The notes under the pieces were generated by a model. That model did no database searches and was not told where the DNA came from. It saw only the letters and a program-made list of their open reading frames with translations. From Podarcis melisellensis (taxonomy: Eukaryota), in the NCBI GenBank assembly GCA_964234715.1, contig OZ174289.1: DNA of 64,000 bases. One strand, written 5' to 3'. Each line of letters opens with the position of its first letter. The stretch's first letter is position 1. The position numbers were made by a program, and so were the translations under genes. Positions 1 to 11,004 of the stretch are shown piece after piece.

Positions 1-257
1 TTCCCTCTTTCCAAGTTCCCTTTTCAAGTGCTTCTCACTAATAATGATATTAATTCTTTTCTTTTAGAAATGGTTTTTCTCCCCTCTCTCCCTCCACCCC
101 CACACTCTTAAGCATGCTCATCAGCATTTGTTAACCCACAGGTAGACAACATGATGGCCACCAGCTGTTGCTGGACTCCCATCAGCCATGCCCAGTATAG
201 CTATTGTGCAAGGATGATGGCAGTGGCTGGAGGGCATCCCATTGGCTATCTCTGGAC

Positions 258-312
258 TACATACATACATACATACATACATACATACATACTGTACATA
301 CATACATACATA
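258..312. repeat. (ACAT)n microsatellite
   Basis: Direct reading of the sequence. Confidence 0.95.
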
Positions 313-464
313 CAGCCATTGCATTATAGACATGTGTGGTGAACTCAGGATTTAAAAGGGCAGTCCTCTCCAATCGCATTTGGCCTCAAGATAAACTGAT
401 TTCAAGAGAAAAAAATGGGACACATTTGTGTTGTAAAAAACAAAACATGCATAGGAATAGGTTT

Positions 465-715
465 AAGAGCATAAGAGCAGCATGTTTGATCAAGCCAATG
501 GCCCATCTGTTCTAGCACCCTGTTCTCACAGTGGCCAACTAGATGATCCAAATGGAAAACCCACAAGCAGGATTTGAGCACAAGAACACTCTCCCCTCCT
601 GTGGTTTCCTGCAACTAGTATTGCCTCCAACTGTGGAGCCAGACCATAGCCATGGTGGCTAGTAGCCATCAATAGCCGTGTCCTCCATGAATTGGTCTAA
701 TCCCCTTTTAAAGTG
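465..715 (-). mobile_element. Dispersed LINE 3'-end-like repeat (CR1-type); related copies at ~12655-12835, ~19730-19870, ~44820-45035
   Basis: The core CTGTTCTCACAGTGGCCAAC..AGATG..CCCACAAG recurs in both orientations. Family assignment is from recall. Confidence 0.6.
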
Positions 716-727
716 ATCACTGTAGAA

Positions 728-902
728 AGGAAGCAGGAATCAGACCATTTGTCCATCTAGCTTGGCATTATCTACATTGGTAGATAATGGCTCTCAAGGA
801 TTTCAGATGGGATGTCTTCCAGCTGTATCCAAATATGCCAGGGACTGAACCTGGGACTTTCTATATTCAAAGCAGATGCTTTAACCACTAAGCTATAACC
901 CT
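728..902 (-). mobile_element. Old tRNA(Ala)-like-headed SINE; other copies at ~5060-5200, ~11718-11880 (+), ~20250-20410, ~22555-22722 (+)
   Basis: The 11718 copy reads GCTGCAGCTCATTGGTAGAGCATCTGTTTTGCATGCAGAAGATCCCATGTTC, a tRNA-like head with A and B boxes. The copies share the body CTGCTGTCAATCAGTGTAGACAATATTGAGCTAGATG. Confidence 0.65.
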
Positions 903-1015
903 TTCCACAGCTAGTGAAAGTGGAGATAACACAGTGGTTCCAAAATCAACTACTTAATATAGCCTAGATTATACAGAAATGCTATTCACCAGGAGCCTTC
1001 TGTAATGCCTATTTA

Positions 1016-1805
1016 CCGTATTTTTCGCCCTATAGGATGCACTTTTTCCCCTCCAAAAATTAAGGGGAAATGTGTAAGGGGAAATTCGCCTAATGGGCGA
1101 ATGCAGGCTCCTTGGCTTCAGCAATAGCAACACGAAACCTCTGAAGCCTGCGCTCTGGAGGCTTTGCGTTGCTTTCGCTGAAGCCAGGAGAGTCTGCTCT
1201 TTGAGGCTGGCGGTGGGGGAAAGCAGCGCTTCCCCCCACCGCCAACCCCACAAGCTGGGGGGGCAGCGGGAAGGCGCACGATGCCTAAGCGCTGCTCCCC
1301 GACCCGGCTTTGAGGCTGGTAGTGAGGGAAAGCAGCGCTTCCCCCCACCGCCAGCCCCACAAGCTGGGTCGAAAAGCCCGCAGGAGCCACATGCTCTTTA
1401 AAGGGTGCACGGCTTCTGCAGGCTTTTCTATGAGGTGGGGGAATTCCCCCACCTCATAGAAAAGCCCGCAGGAGCCATGCAGCCTTTAAAGAGCGCGCCG
1501 TTCTTGGGGGCTTTTCCCCAAGGAGGAGAAGGGACTGACTGGCCGAGTCAGTCCCTTCTCCCTCCTGTGGGCTTTTGTGGGAAATGGGGAAATTTCCCCA
1601 CCTCCCGCAAAAGCCCGCAGGAGCCGTGCACTCTTTAAAGGCTGCCTGACTTCTGCTGGCTTTTCTACGAGGTGAGCGAATTCCCCCACCTCGTAGAAAA
1701 TCCCGCAGGAGCCACACAGCCTTTAAAGAGTGCGCCGCTCTTGGGGGCTTTTCCCCAAGGAGGGACAAGGGACTGACTGGCCAAGTCAGTCCCTTCTCCC
1801 TCCTG
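1016..1805 (+). mobile_element. Tc1/mariner(pogo)-type non-autonomous element, left end plus GC-rich internal palindromic array
   Basis: TA|CCGTATTTTTCGCCCTATAGGATGCAC terminus resembles the TIRs of the element at 44183-44348. No right TIR is visible. Confidence 0.6.
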
Positions 1806-2168
1806 GTACATGTAAGTTAAATTCAGGAAAGGTCCTGTATAATATTAATTGAAAGCTTCCTGCTTTCAGGTTCAGCCATCTGCAGATTGCAGTGTATTGA
1901 AGTTGCTGAATGGCTGGGCCTAAACATGACAGACATGGATTCAAATCCCCATTGGTCGAGGAACTTAGTGGGTTGCTTGAAGAATGCAGTACTTTGTCTC
2001 AGGCCAGCCTCACAAGGTTGTTCTTAATGTGCTTGGATGAAAGGTGTGATCAACACTAGATCTAGGGTGGTGTGGGCAGTTCCACTGCACAGGTTGCCAA
2101 GTTGAAGGGGTGCAAAAATGATGGTGATGATGATTATACCTATATTGATATGGGTACCTACTCAATTA

Positions 2169-2387
2169 CAGTGGTACCTCAGGTTAAGAACTTAATTCGT
2201 TCCGGAGGTCCGTTCTTAACCTGAAACTGTTCTTAACCTGAATCACCACTTTAGCTAATGGGGCCTCCCACTGCCGCTGCATGATTTCTGTTCTCATCCT
2301 GAAGCAAAGTTCTTAACCCAAGGTACTATTTCTTTCTGGGTTAGCGGAGTCTGTAACCTGAAGTGTCTGTAACCCGAGGTACCACTG
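2169..2387 (+). mobile_element. Tc1/mariner (Tigger-like) MITE
   Basis: TA|CAGTGGTACCTCAGGTTA ... TAACCCGAGGTACCACTG|TA: TIRs with TA target duplication. Confidence 0.9.
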
Positions 2388-3327
2388 TATTGTGAAAGCG
2401 CTAAATACTTAGGGAGAGGTGCCAAATTTTGTCCTTGCTCATGGCAAAATATAACCAAAGTCTGCACCTGGTGTGATGCAACAAACACCAAGTAAACAAA
2501 TGTAGGTGTTACGTATGCCAGGGGATGGTGTGCTTCACTGCAATACTTTTTAAACCTCTTGCACTCCTGCACTTTGCATGCTGTAGAAATCCAGAGTTAG
2601 TTTTTCTATTCCATTCTTCTTATGTAGCAATAAAGGACAGTTATGTGTGAGAGGCCTGCTCCTGCTTCTTCATGATGTGCTTTCCTTTTACCCCTACACA
2701 ACATAGATACGCCACCCTACTCACAAAGTAACCGAAACTATGGGCAAATGCAAAAGAAAACCTCTGATTGAGATGACCTGACAATTTGCATGACTTTTTC
2801 TACAGCTGCCCACTTGCATATTGGGAAAGTAGGGAGTGATTGAAGATGTGGACAGGAGATTCAGCTGACCAAAAGATTCTTATTTTATTTTTATTTTTAT
2901 TTTTTGCATTTAGGTCCCATTTAGACACCAAAGTGAAAAGTTATTCCTCTATGGTATGCGTAACCTTCCAGTGTTCTTCACTGCCTCATTTTCATGCTGA
3001 GCTTTATTAAATAATTAATCAATGTGAATGATTGAATAGATGTGTCCTAGATTTCTCAGTCACCCATCCTTTTTTTTTTTAAACCGCAATTCCTCATTTT
3101 CTGTCTTAATGCAGATACTATCAAAGAAATAAATGGACTGCTGTGAACAAAATGAGAAGGAAAGGCTTTTCTTTCTTATTCCCTGATGCAGAAAGAAATA
3201 GGGCGATGCAGTGGTGCTGTCACGGCCAGTCTCAGGAGCTGAAGGCAAGGAACTGCACGAGCAGAATGAGGAAGAAAAGAATTCCCAGACACAGAAGCAA
3301 GTGAAATAATGCACATTGCCATCTAAA

Positions 3328-3331
<4 letters not shown>

Positions 3332-3407
<76 letters not shown>
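3332..3407. repeat. (CT)n(CA)n compound microsatellite
   Basis: Direct reading of the sequence. Confidence 0.95.
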
Positions 3408-3412
<5 letters not shown>

Positions 3413-3477
3413 TAGCTAAGTTTCCTAACAACACCATTGCAGTAACCACTCCAACAGAGCCTTGTGGAACTTTAAAG

Positions 3478-3830
3478 GAAGGTTAGGGAGATTTTCTCAG
3501 CCTAAGACCACACATTTCCTTTTGGGAAACTTTCTGGGGGCACATGCTAGTGGTGGGTGGGGTAGAAGCAGAAGTGGGTGGAGCAAAAAAATTTAAAATT
3601 CACCTTTGTACAGTAGACTACCTTTGACACACACACATATGCAGCCAAGGAAAATGCACGAACAGAGTTTCAGGACACATTTCAGTCAAGCAAAAAGGGA
3701 GGGTTCGAATCAGGGCAAGTGAGGAGTGTGGCTTGGGGAGAGGGTGTGGGGCAACTCCTGAGGGCCAAATGGAGAGCCTTGGATGGGTGCATTTGCCCTC
3801 TACCCCCAGGCCTCAAGTTCCCAACCCTTG
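3478..3830. mobile_element. Degenerate hAT-type MITE
   Basis: The 8-bp direct repeat CTTTAAAG at 3470-3477 and 3831-3838 flanks imperfect TIRs (GAAGGTTAGGGAG / TTCCCAACCCTTG). Confidence 0.55.
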
Positions 3831-5487
3831 CTTTAAAGACTGACAAATTTATTATGGCATAAGTGTATGCATGAAGGCTTTCTTCAGTTGTCAAGCTGCC
3901 CTTCACACATCTAAATAAGGCTTATATGCCGTTATTTGTGGGTTAGTCTTTAAGATGCCACAAGACTCTTCATGTCTGCCATGTTCCCTGCAAGCATAGT
4001 CCCCATGCCACCCCAAGAAGGATTACAAATACTTAGGGCGCCCCTTCTACACCATCTCCACCTGAGGGGGTGATTCTGCAATCATCTTCATACACTTGCG
4101 GTGACTCTCCTTCTCTTCCACAGTCACGGAGCAGCTAATGACTCTTTAAAGATTGCAGTCAGCTCTCCTAGCAGAGTGGAGCCGCTGGAAAGGAATGCCT
4201 TCTTCAGAACCTCAGATGCTTCTGAAGAGGCTCTGGACATCCTTACAATAACCCTGTGCAGTATGAGGGTCAAATTCAACCCCACTTTGTGGAGGGGGGG
4301 TTGTGGGTGTGTGGGGTTGTGGTCACCAAGCTGAGTTCATGGCAGTTGAGGGTTCTTGGTACACAATATGCAGCACTTGTGTTTAATTAGACTTTATATG
4401 CATTGGTCGCTAGTGGGGCAGAAGGCAGGGAGTCCAAACAGTAGGTACAGCCAGAACCAAAATAGGTGAAGCCAACTCATTCTAGTTTTGTCCCCTTCCT
4501 CGTCCTCCCTGCTGAGTTTTCTAAGGAGCAACATAGAGACTGAGGAGGAAGAAATCAGGAAAGGCAGTGCCACTAAAAAGAAGCAGGCAAGTGGGGAGTG
4601 GCTGAGGGCAGGTTGGGGTGATAGGCAGTGCTCCATTCACTCTAATGGACAAGCCTCCACCGCTGTTATATATGTTTTAGGATTGCAGCCATGCAATACA
4701 ATCCTCAAGGCCTGCCCAAAGCATTTTGCCACCTGAGGCAAACCACAAAATGGTGCTTCACTCCCCACGAGGGAAGAAGGGTGAGTGAAGATTGACAGCA
4801 GGAACAAAGTGGTGGTGGTGGGGATAAAGGTCTATATCAGGATTCACTGCCCTTGCGGATACTGCTTCCTGAGGCACTTGCCTCACCTTGCCTCATAGGT
4901 GGGCCTGCCCTGGCAATCGTACGCATTTCAGTCAGAAGTAACATTTCTACATGGGGCTTGCGCACTATAAGTATGTTTACGAATTCAGTGCTGGGCTCCT
5001 ACAGCACATTCACTTGGGAGTAAGCACTACTGCACTTAGTACGGAGTGTAGGGAGCTGGCTCATAGCCAGACAGATTGTCTCAGGCCAAGGTCTTCCCCG
5101 TCACCTGCTTCCTGATCCTTTTAAACTGACTGAGTCACAGGTTGAACCTGAGAGGCCTTCTGCATGAAAAGCATATACTCTCCCACTGAACTAGGGCTGC
5201 TCTGAGGATGGAGTTCAGTTCACATTTTAATGCAAATGTACCTAATTCTCACATCCTGAACCAGCAAACACAAACAGAAACTTTTACAGTGCAGTTCTCT
5301 GACATGCACCCCTAAAAATGATGTATGAGGGAAAGTGCATATTGATGAAAATGGCATGCAAAAATGTATACAAATATGTGTGTATTGGGAGAAATCCACA
5401 TGATAATAAATACACATTTTTGTATTATTAATAAAACAACCACCACCACCACCTGCAAAGTGGTGCAGAAATGGAGCAGACCATACT

Positions 5488-5824
5488 AAGGTAAAGGTAA
5501 AGGGACCCCTGACCATGAGGTCCAGTCGTGGCCGACTCTGGGGTTGCGGCACTCATCTCGCTTTACTGGCCGAGGGAGCCGGCGTACAGCTTCCAGGTCA
5601 TGTGGCCAGCATGACTAAGCCGCTTCTGGCAAACCAGAGCAGCTCATGGAAATGCCGTTTACCTTCCCGCTGGAACGGTACCTATTTATCTACTTGCACT
5701 GGCGTGCTTTCGAACTGCTAGGTTGGCAGGTGCAGGGACTGAGCAATGGCAGCTCACCCCGTCGCAGGGATTCAAACCGCCGACCTTCTGATAAGCAAGT
5801 CCTAGGCTCTGTGGTTTAACCCAC
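5488..5824 (-). mobile_element. Sauria (Squam1-type) SINE
   Basis: Reverse complement of the copies at 19881 and 26276; (AAAGGT)n tail on the + strand. Confidence 0.9.
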
Positions 5825-8142
5825 GGACAGATTTGTTTGTCCAAAGGCTCATCCCAGTAAGAGATAAGAAGTAACGGGACCTTCTTCTGAAGAAACATGT
5901 GTAGGGTTGTACTATCAGTCATTAAAGGTACCATCAGTTCACATATACTATTTCCACTTGAAAACCTCTGTCTAGTGTTTAATGTATGGTTGACTTTCTT
6001 ATTCATTGTCTTGTTCCTAGAACATGATCTCATTTCTTTTACCTAACAGCGTAAGCTATACGCTCCATTAATGAAAACCTGATAGTTGGCATGGAGGAAA
6101 CAGCGAGAAAGAGTTTCTTGCTGTAGTACTAATTGCTCTGTCAGCTAAAGTGCTTGCATTAGTCAGATGGAACAAGGAGTCAGGCCATCTGCCAAATGTT
6201 CTTCTTTGCCAATGACTTCTTTTACAAATATGGAAATGAATGATTAATTATAATATGACAATGTGCAGACTTCTTTCCTTCTCCGGACAGGTAGAATATT
6301 AATATACTTTGTGGCTTATGATTTTCAACCACACCAAGAATTAATTAACATCGTAGAAAAGTCAGATTTCTCATACAGCTTAATCTAAATTGCTTTTTCA
6401 AACAAAGACCCCAAAAAATCAACATAGTAATGGAACATGTTCAGCTTAATATCCCAGAAAGAGAGAATTGTATTTTATAAGAAGGTTTTTGTTCTGCTTT
6501 TACTTTATGGAAATGGCAAATGACAAAATTGTTGCTTTGCTCTTCAGTTAAGTCCCATTGAATTCAACTGGATTTAAGCACCTGCTGAACTTTTCCACTG
6601 GAAGAACTGGGACATATTTATTTTTATTTTTTAAGTGCTTAACTGTGGCTAGATTGCAGCCCTTCATGCTAATTAATTACAAATTCCTGGTCATTGGTAG
6701 ATCAGTATCACTATTTTCAGTAAATATTTTTACCTTCAGTAGATGGCCAGTTCAGAGTTGATTAGTGTGATATAAACTCAAATATTACAAAAAATTCTTG
6801 AGCCTTTTCGCACTTCACCTGGCTGAATGCTACATCATCCTATGATGGAGAACAGTAGGCCAAGGGGGGCTGTGTATGTATCAGTTTTGGCTAATACTAG
6901 AAGCTTATCTTGCTCCGTGCTGGACCCAAAGCTGTGGCTTGGGGATCTCCCTGGAAACCTAATGGGAAGACAAGATCTTTGGGGAATGGTCTAATAAGAT
7001 CTGCTATAGTGTTAATGCTGTGAGCCCTTCCACCCTATGCTTAGGTTATATATATGTGTAAGCTTATTATTAAGTGAAGCCATTTGGTGGCTTTTGAGTA
7101 TAAGCCACTTAAATTCTGCTCTGGTCGAATAGAAAAGCTTGCTGAAAAATGATTTCTTTCTTGAGCAAGGGAGGTGGCAATCGAGAGATAATTGAAGCAG
7201 TCTGTCTTCCTTACTATTTACAAAGACAAAATTTCCAGGTCTGAAGACAATTGTGTTTCACTGAATTAAACAGGTCTAATTTTGTCAGTGCTGTGGCTGG
7301 CTTTGATGTATTAAGTATAATTGAGTTAAAGATTGGACGAATCCACTTAAAGCCTGCTGTCAAATGGTCTGTGACTTGAAACAGTCGGCCTTGTCCTCAG
7401 ATTGATAGCAAACATTAGTTCTGGTCTCTTTTTCAGGTTGTGTTTCTATACTCATATTCATAATGGAAACAAGACAACTGCTTTATAATCTTTTTGGGGG
7501 CGGGGGGGAGGGAAGAAAGGCACACTGAAAAGGAAATAGGAGGAAAACAATCTATTTCCATACACAGCTTTGGATGCTTTCTTTTATTTTGATCTACCCT
7601 CAAAGAGTCAAGAATTTGCTCTATTATCAGAATGTTTTTCAGAAAGCATCTCTCTCCATCAGCTCTCTTGCAATGGACAAGCCCCATCAGGCCTCTTCAC
7701 CCTCCTCCTCTGTCACCTGAGGGTATAAGACTCCCTCAGTGGGAGAGCTGGGAAACAGGGCTCTTTTCATCAGCTTTGCTGGAGGCCCAGCTCCATCAGG
7801 CAACTCCTCCCCTGAAATGGTCACTATAAAAGATTGTTTAAGCCTGGGTTTGATTTCCCCCCCTCTGCCCTCCTGGCCCCTTGTGTGTTGTGTTTTTGTT
7901 TGTTTTTGTTTGTTTAGATAGTAAACCTGCAGGGGATGGCTGTCTTAGAATCATAGAATTGTAGAGTTGGAAGGGACCCTGAGGAACATCTAATCCAGTG
8001 CAGGAATATGCAGCTGTCCCATGTGGGGATTAAACGAAACTTTAGAGCACCATGCTCTGACCAATGGAGCTATCCAGTCTTGTCTTAATTGACTGCATGT
8101 AAGCCACTCTGGGAGACCTTTTGGCTGAAGAGTGGTGTGTAA

Positions 8143-8393
8143 AGAGCCAGTGTGGTGTAGTGGTTAAGAGCGGTGGACTCGTAATCTGGTAAACCGGGTT
8201 CACGTCTCCGCTCCTCCACATGCAGCTGCTGGGTGACCTTGGGCCAGTCACACTTCTGTGAAGTCTCTCAGCCCCACTCACCTCACAGAGTGGTTGTTGT
8301 GGGGGAGGAAGGGAAAGGAGAATGTTAGCCGCTTTGAGACTCCTTCGGGTAGTGATAAAGCAGGATATCAAATCCAAACTCTTCTTCTTCTTC
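8143..8393 (+). mobile_element. Squam3-type tRNA-derived SINE
   Basis: Head AGAGCCAGTGTGGTGTAGTGGTTAAGAGCGGTGGACTCGTAATCTGG with B-box-like GGTTCACGTCTCC; (CTT)n tail. Confidence 0.8.
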
Positions 8394-9329
8394 AAATGCT
8401 CTAAATAAATAATGGTGTGTAATATAAATAATTAGGATGCCTTTATGCCTTTTCTGGTTCACCAGCATCCCTGACCCCATTGTACAAACTTATGGTTTTT
8501 AAGCTGGGATGTCACACGCACTTGAGCAGGGGCACTCCCTGCTTAAATGTTTATGAGCAATACTGGGGTGAGCAGGAGGCCTTGCTAGTACCATCACCTC
8601 CTCACTTTCTCTGCCCAAAAGTGTTTAACTTTACTCTGAACATAGGAGGGCACATCTCAGGAGCTGCAGGCACTTTGGGGTGGCTGCTGTCCCATGTGGT
8701 AAGTCACTAAACTGCAGGTGGCAGACTTCATCAAGGAAACCTTCTGAATGGACCTTGCCCACCCAGACTGACCACTGGATCTTCATAGGCAGCAAGAGCA
8801 GCCCATCCCATTTAGAGGAAAAATGGGAAGGCACTGCCCTGATTGCACACTGTCCACTGCTTGCCCTACTTTGCCACCGCAGCTGAAGCCTCACATCAGT
8901 TCAAAAAGGATGTTTCTAAAATGTGGGTAACACAAAACAATGGATGCCTTTTGTCAAGGCCATATTTTCTTAGGGGATTTAAGGTTACACTTGATCAGAA
9001 CCCAGAGGGGAATCAAAGCCAAGGCCGCCAGAATTTGGTGGGAAGTCTTGTTTGCCTCTAGGATGCCCTTTAACAATGCCACACATACATGGAGGCTGCT
9101 AACACATCACATGGGTTGATCGCATCGTTAATTTGCATCACTGCATTGCAATATGTGACAATAGTGGTCCAGAGAGTACAATACACTGAACTCCTTCTAT
9201 ATAGTACATTTGAATAGCTATTCAAGACTTCATTTCAGAGCCCAGGGGACTCACTTCAGAGGTCACTGGGTTTCAAAATCCAACCTGAAGCCTAGCATAA
9301 TCTGAACTCAAAGCTGGGAGTCTACCAAA

Positions 9330-10930
9330 AATATCAGCGTCAACTGATGAAGCCTAAATCTATTAGGGGAAATGGCAGCAAATAAAATGCATTCAAGTCT
9401 GCTGTATCTTTTCCAGGCTTTACAAATTTTTATTTCCAATAAAACAATACACTCTTGGCAAAAGTTAATCGAAGGCTATATATTTGGGGGAGAAGACCAC
9501 AAATTTAAAAGTCAAAAGAGGAAAAGAGATGGGGGGTATCCCCAGTATTCATTTAACATCATGAGGCAAACCAATTAAGACAAATCCTGCTATTAGTAAA
9601 GAAAGAAGATGTTAAAGTATGGAGTGTGAATGATAGTCAAGATGTATTCCTGGTAGTGGCAGCTTTTTTACTTAATAAAAAACTTTAAGGATGTAGAATT
9701 GGGTTGAAAGCCTTTCATAAAAATGAGTTACAATTTTGCAGTCTAGTTGGAAGCACCCAGTTTCAATTAAGACCTTGCTTACTTCCATTGGCATCATCCA
9801 CTGTTCTATAATAATAGAACCCAGATATTTTTTAAAATAGTTAATAAAGGGATATTATAGAATTAAGAATTTCTGCAATAATAATGAGTAAGATTACTCT
9901 TGGTTTGAGCTTAGGTGAGTTAGTTCCTTTATAGTAAAATATATTATTAAACAGCAAGTAAAAAGAGAATTGCAACCATTCAAAAACCTGATATTGGCAC
10001 ATAATTTCAATGCCAAAAGATGCATGACCCCAATTTATAAAATGTTAACAAAATGAATTTATAAAATATTAACAAAATGAGGCACAGGTCATCTAATGGA
10101 ATTATAAAAATGCAGGGGAAATTGTTTAGGTTATGATACTGATCCCATAAAATGGAAAAGAAACTGCAGCAGGGGGGATATGAAATCAATTTCAGCAAGA
10201 ATTCACGAAATGACCCTTATGATCAATTTTAGGTGCCACTGGTGATAATCCCCAACCTCTCCCCCAAATGAGTGCATATTTACAATTATGGAGGGAATGT
10301 CATTCAGTGGAAGTTTTTCATGAAATGCCGCTCCTAGAAATTAATTTATTTATTTTTTTAAATAAACAATCAAGAATTTACAGTATACCAATCCTAACTT
10401 TAACATTGCTGGGGATGTGGGATGGGCCAAATCAAAATAGTTTGGAAAAAGAAATGAATTTCTATTTTTTGTTTGCTGCCAGGATGGTTATCAAAAAATA
10501 AATAGGAATACTTAGAGATTAAATAAGGATTTATGGTATAGTCAAATCAGGCCCATAGCTATTGCTGAAAAATAAGCTCAGAAATTAAGGGCAAGCAAAA
10601 AGATTCATTTTCAACTATATAGCAAGAATTTATTTTATATATAAACGATAACAATGTTCAAATGCTTTTTTGAAATATGCTACTATCTTGAATTCTTAGA
10701 AACTTTTCAGCTTAAACTGAACTCTGAAAAAAGAACGTGAGGACAACATCCCAATATTTATGAACAAAGGAAATCTTTTTTTAAAGGACTTGTTACTACC
10801 ATCCAAATCAACAATTATTTTTTCCAGGAATTGTGAATGCAACCAACATTGGGGGGGGGTCAATTTTGATTTTCATGCAATTGTATTGTTTTCTCCTTAG
10901 TTTTATTTTAATGTTATTGCACTATATGTT
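9330..10930 (+). mobile_element. Highly degraded L1-like LINE ORF2 3' remnant
   Basis: A-rich strand. ORF 9372..9578 (LLYLFQALQIFI...YIFGGEDHK...KRDGG) resembles the post-RT LLYLFQ...FIW.GK...K..GGL segment of L1 ORF2. A T-rich 3' region is followed by an A-run. Confidence 0.55.
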
Positions 10931-11004
10931 TCTGGTTAAATAATTTAAAAAATGCAAAAATCCCAACACTAGCAGCATGTGAAACAGGATAGGTAAACAA
11001 AAAT

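Noticed and set aside
1370-1805. Repeat-spacer-like pattern suggesting CRISPR
   Set aside because: The context is eukaryotic, the intervening segments are themselves repeated and palindromic rather than unique spacers, and there are no cas genes.
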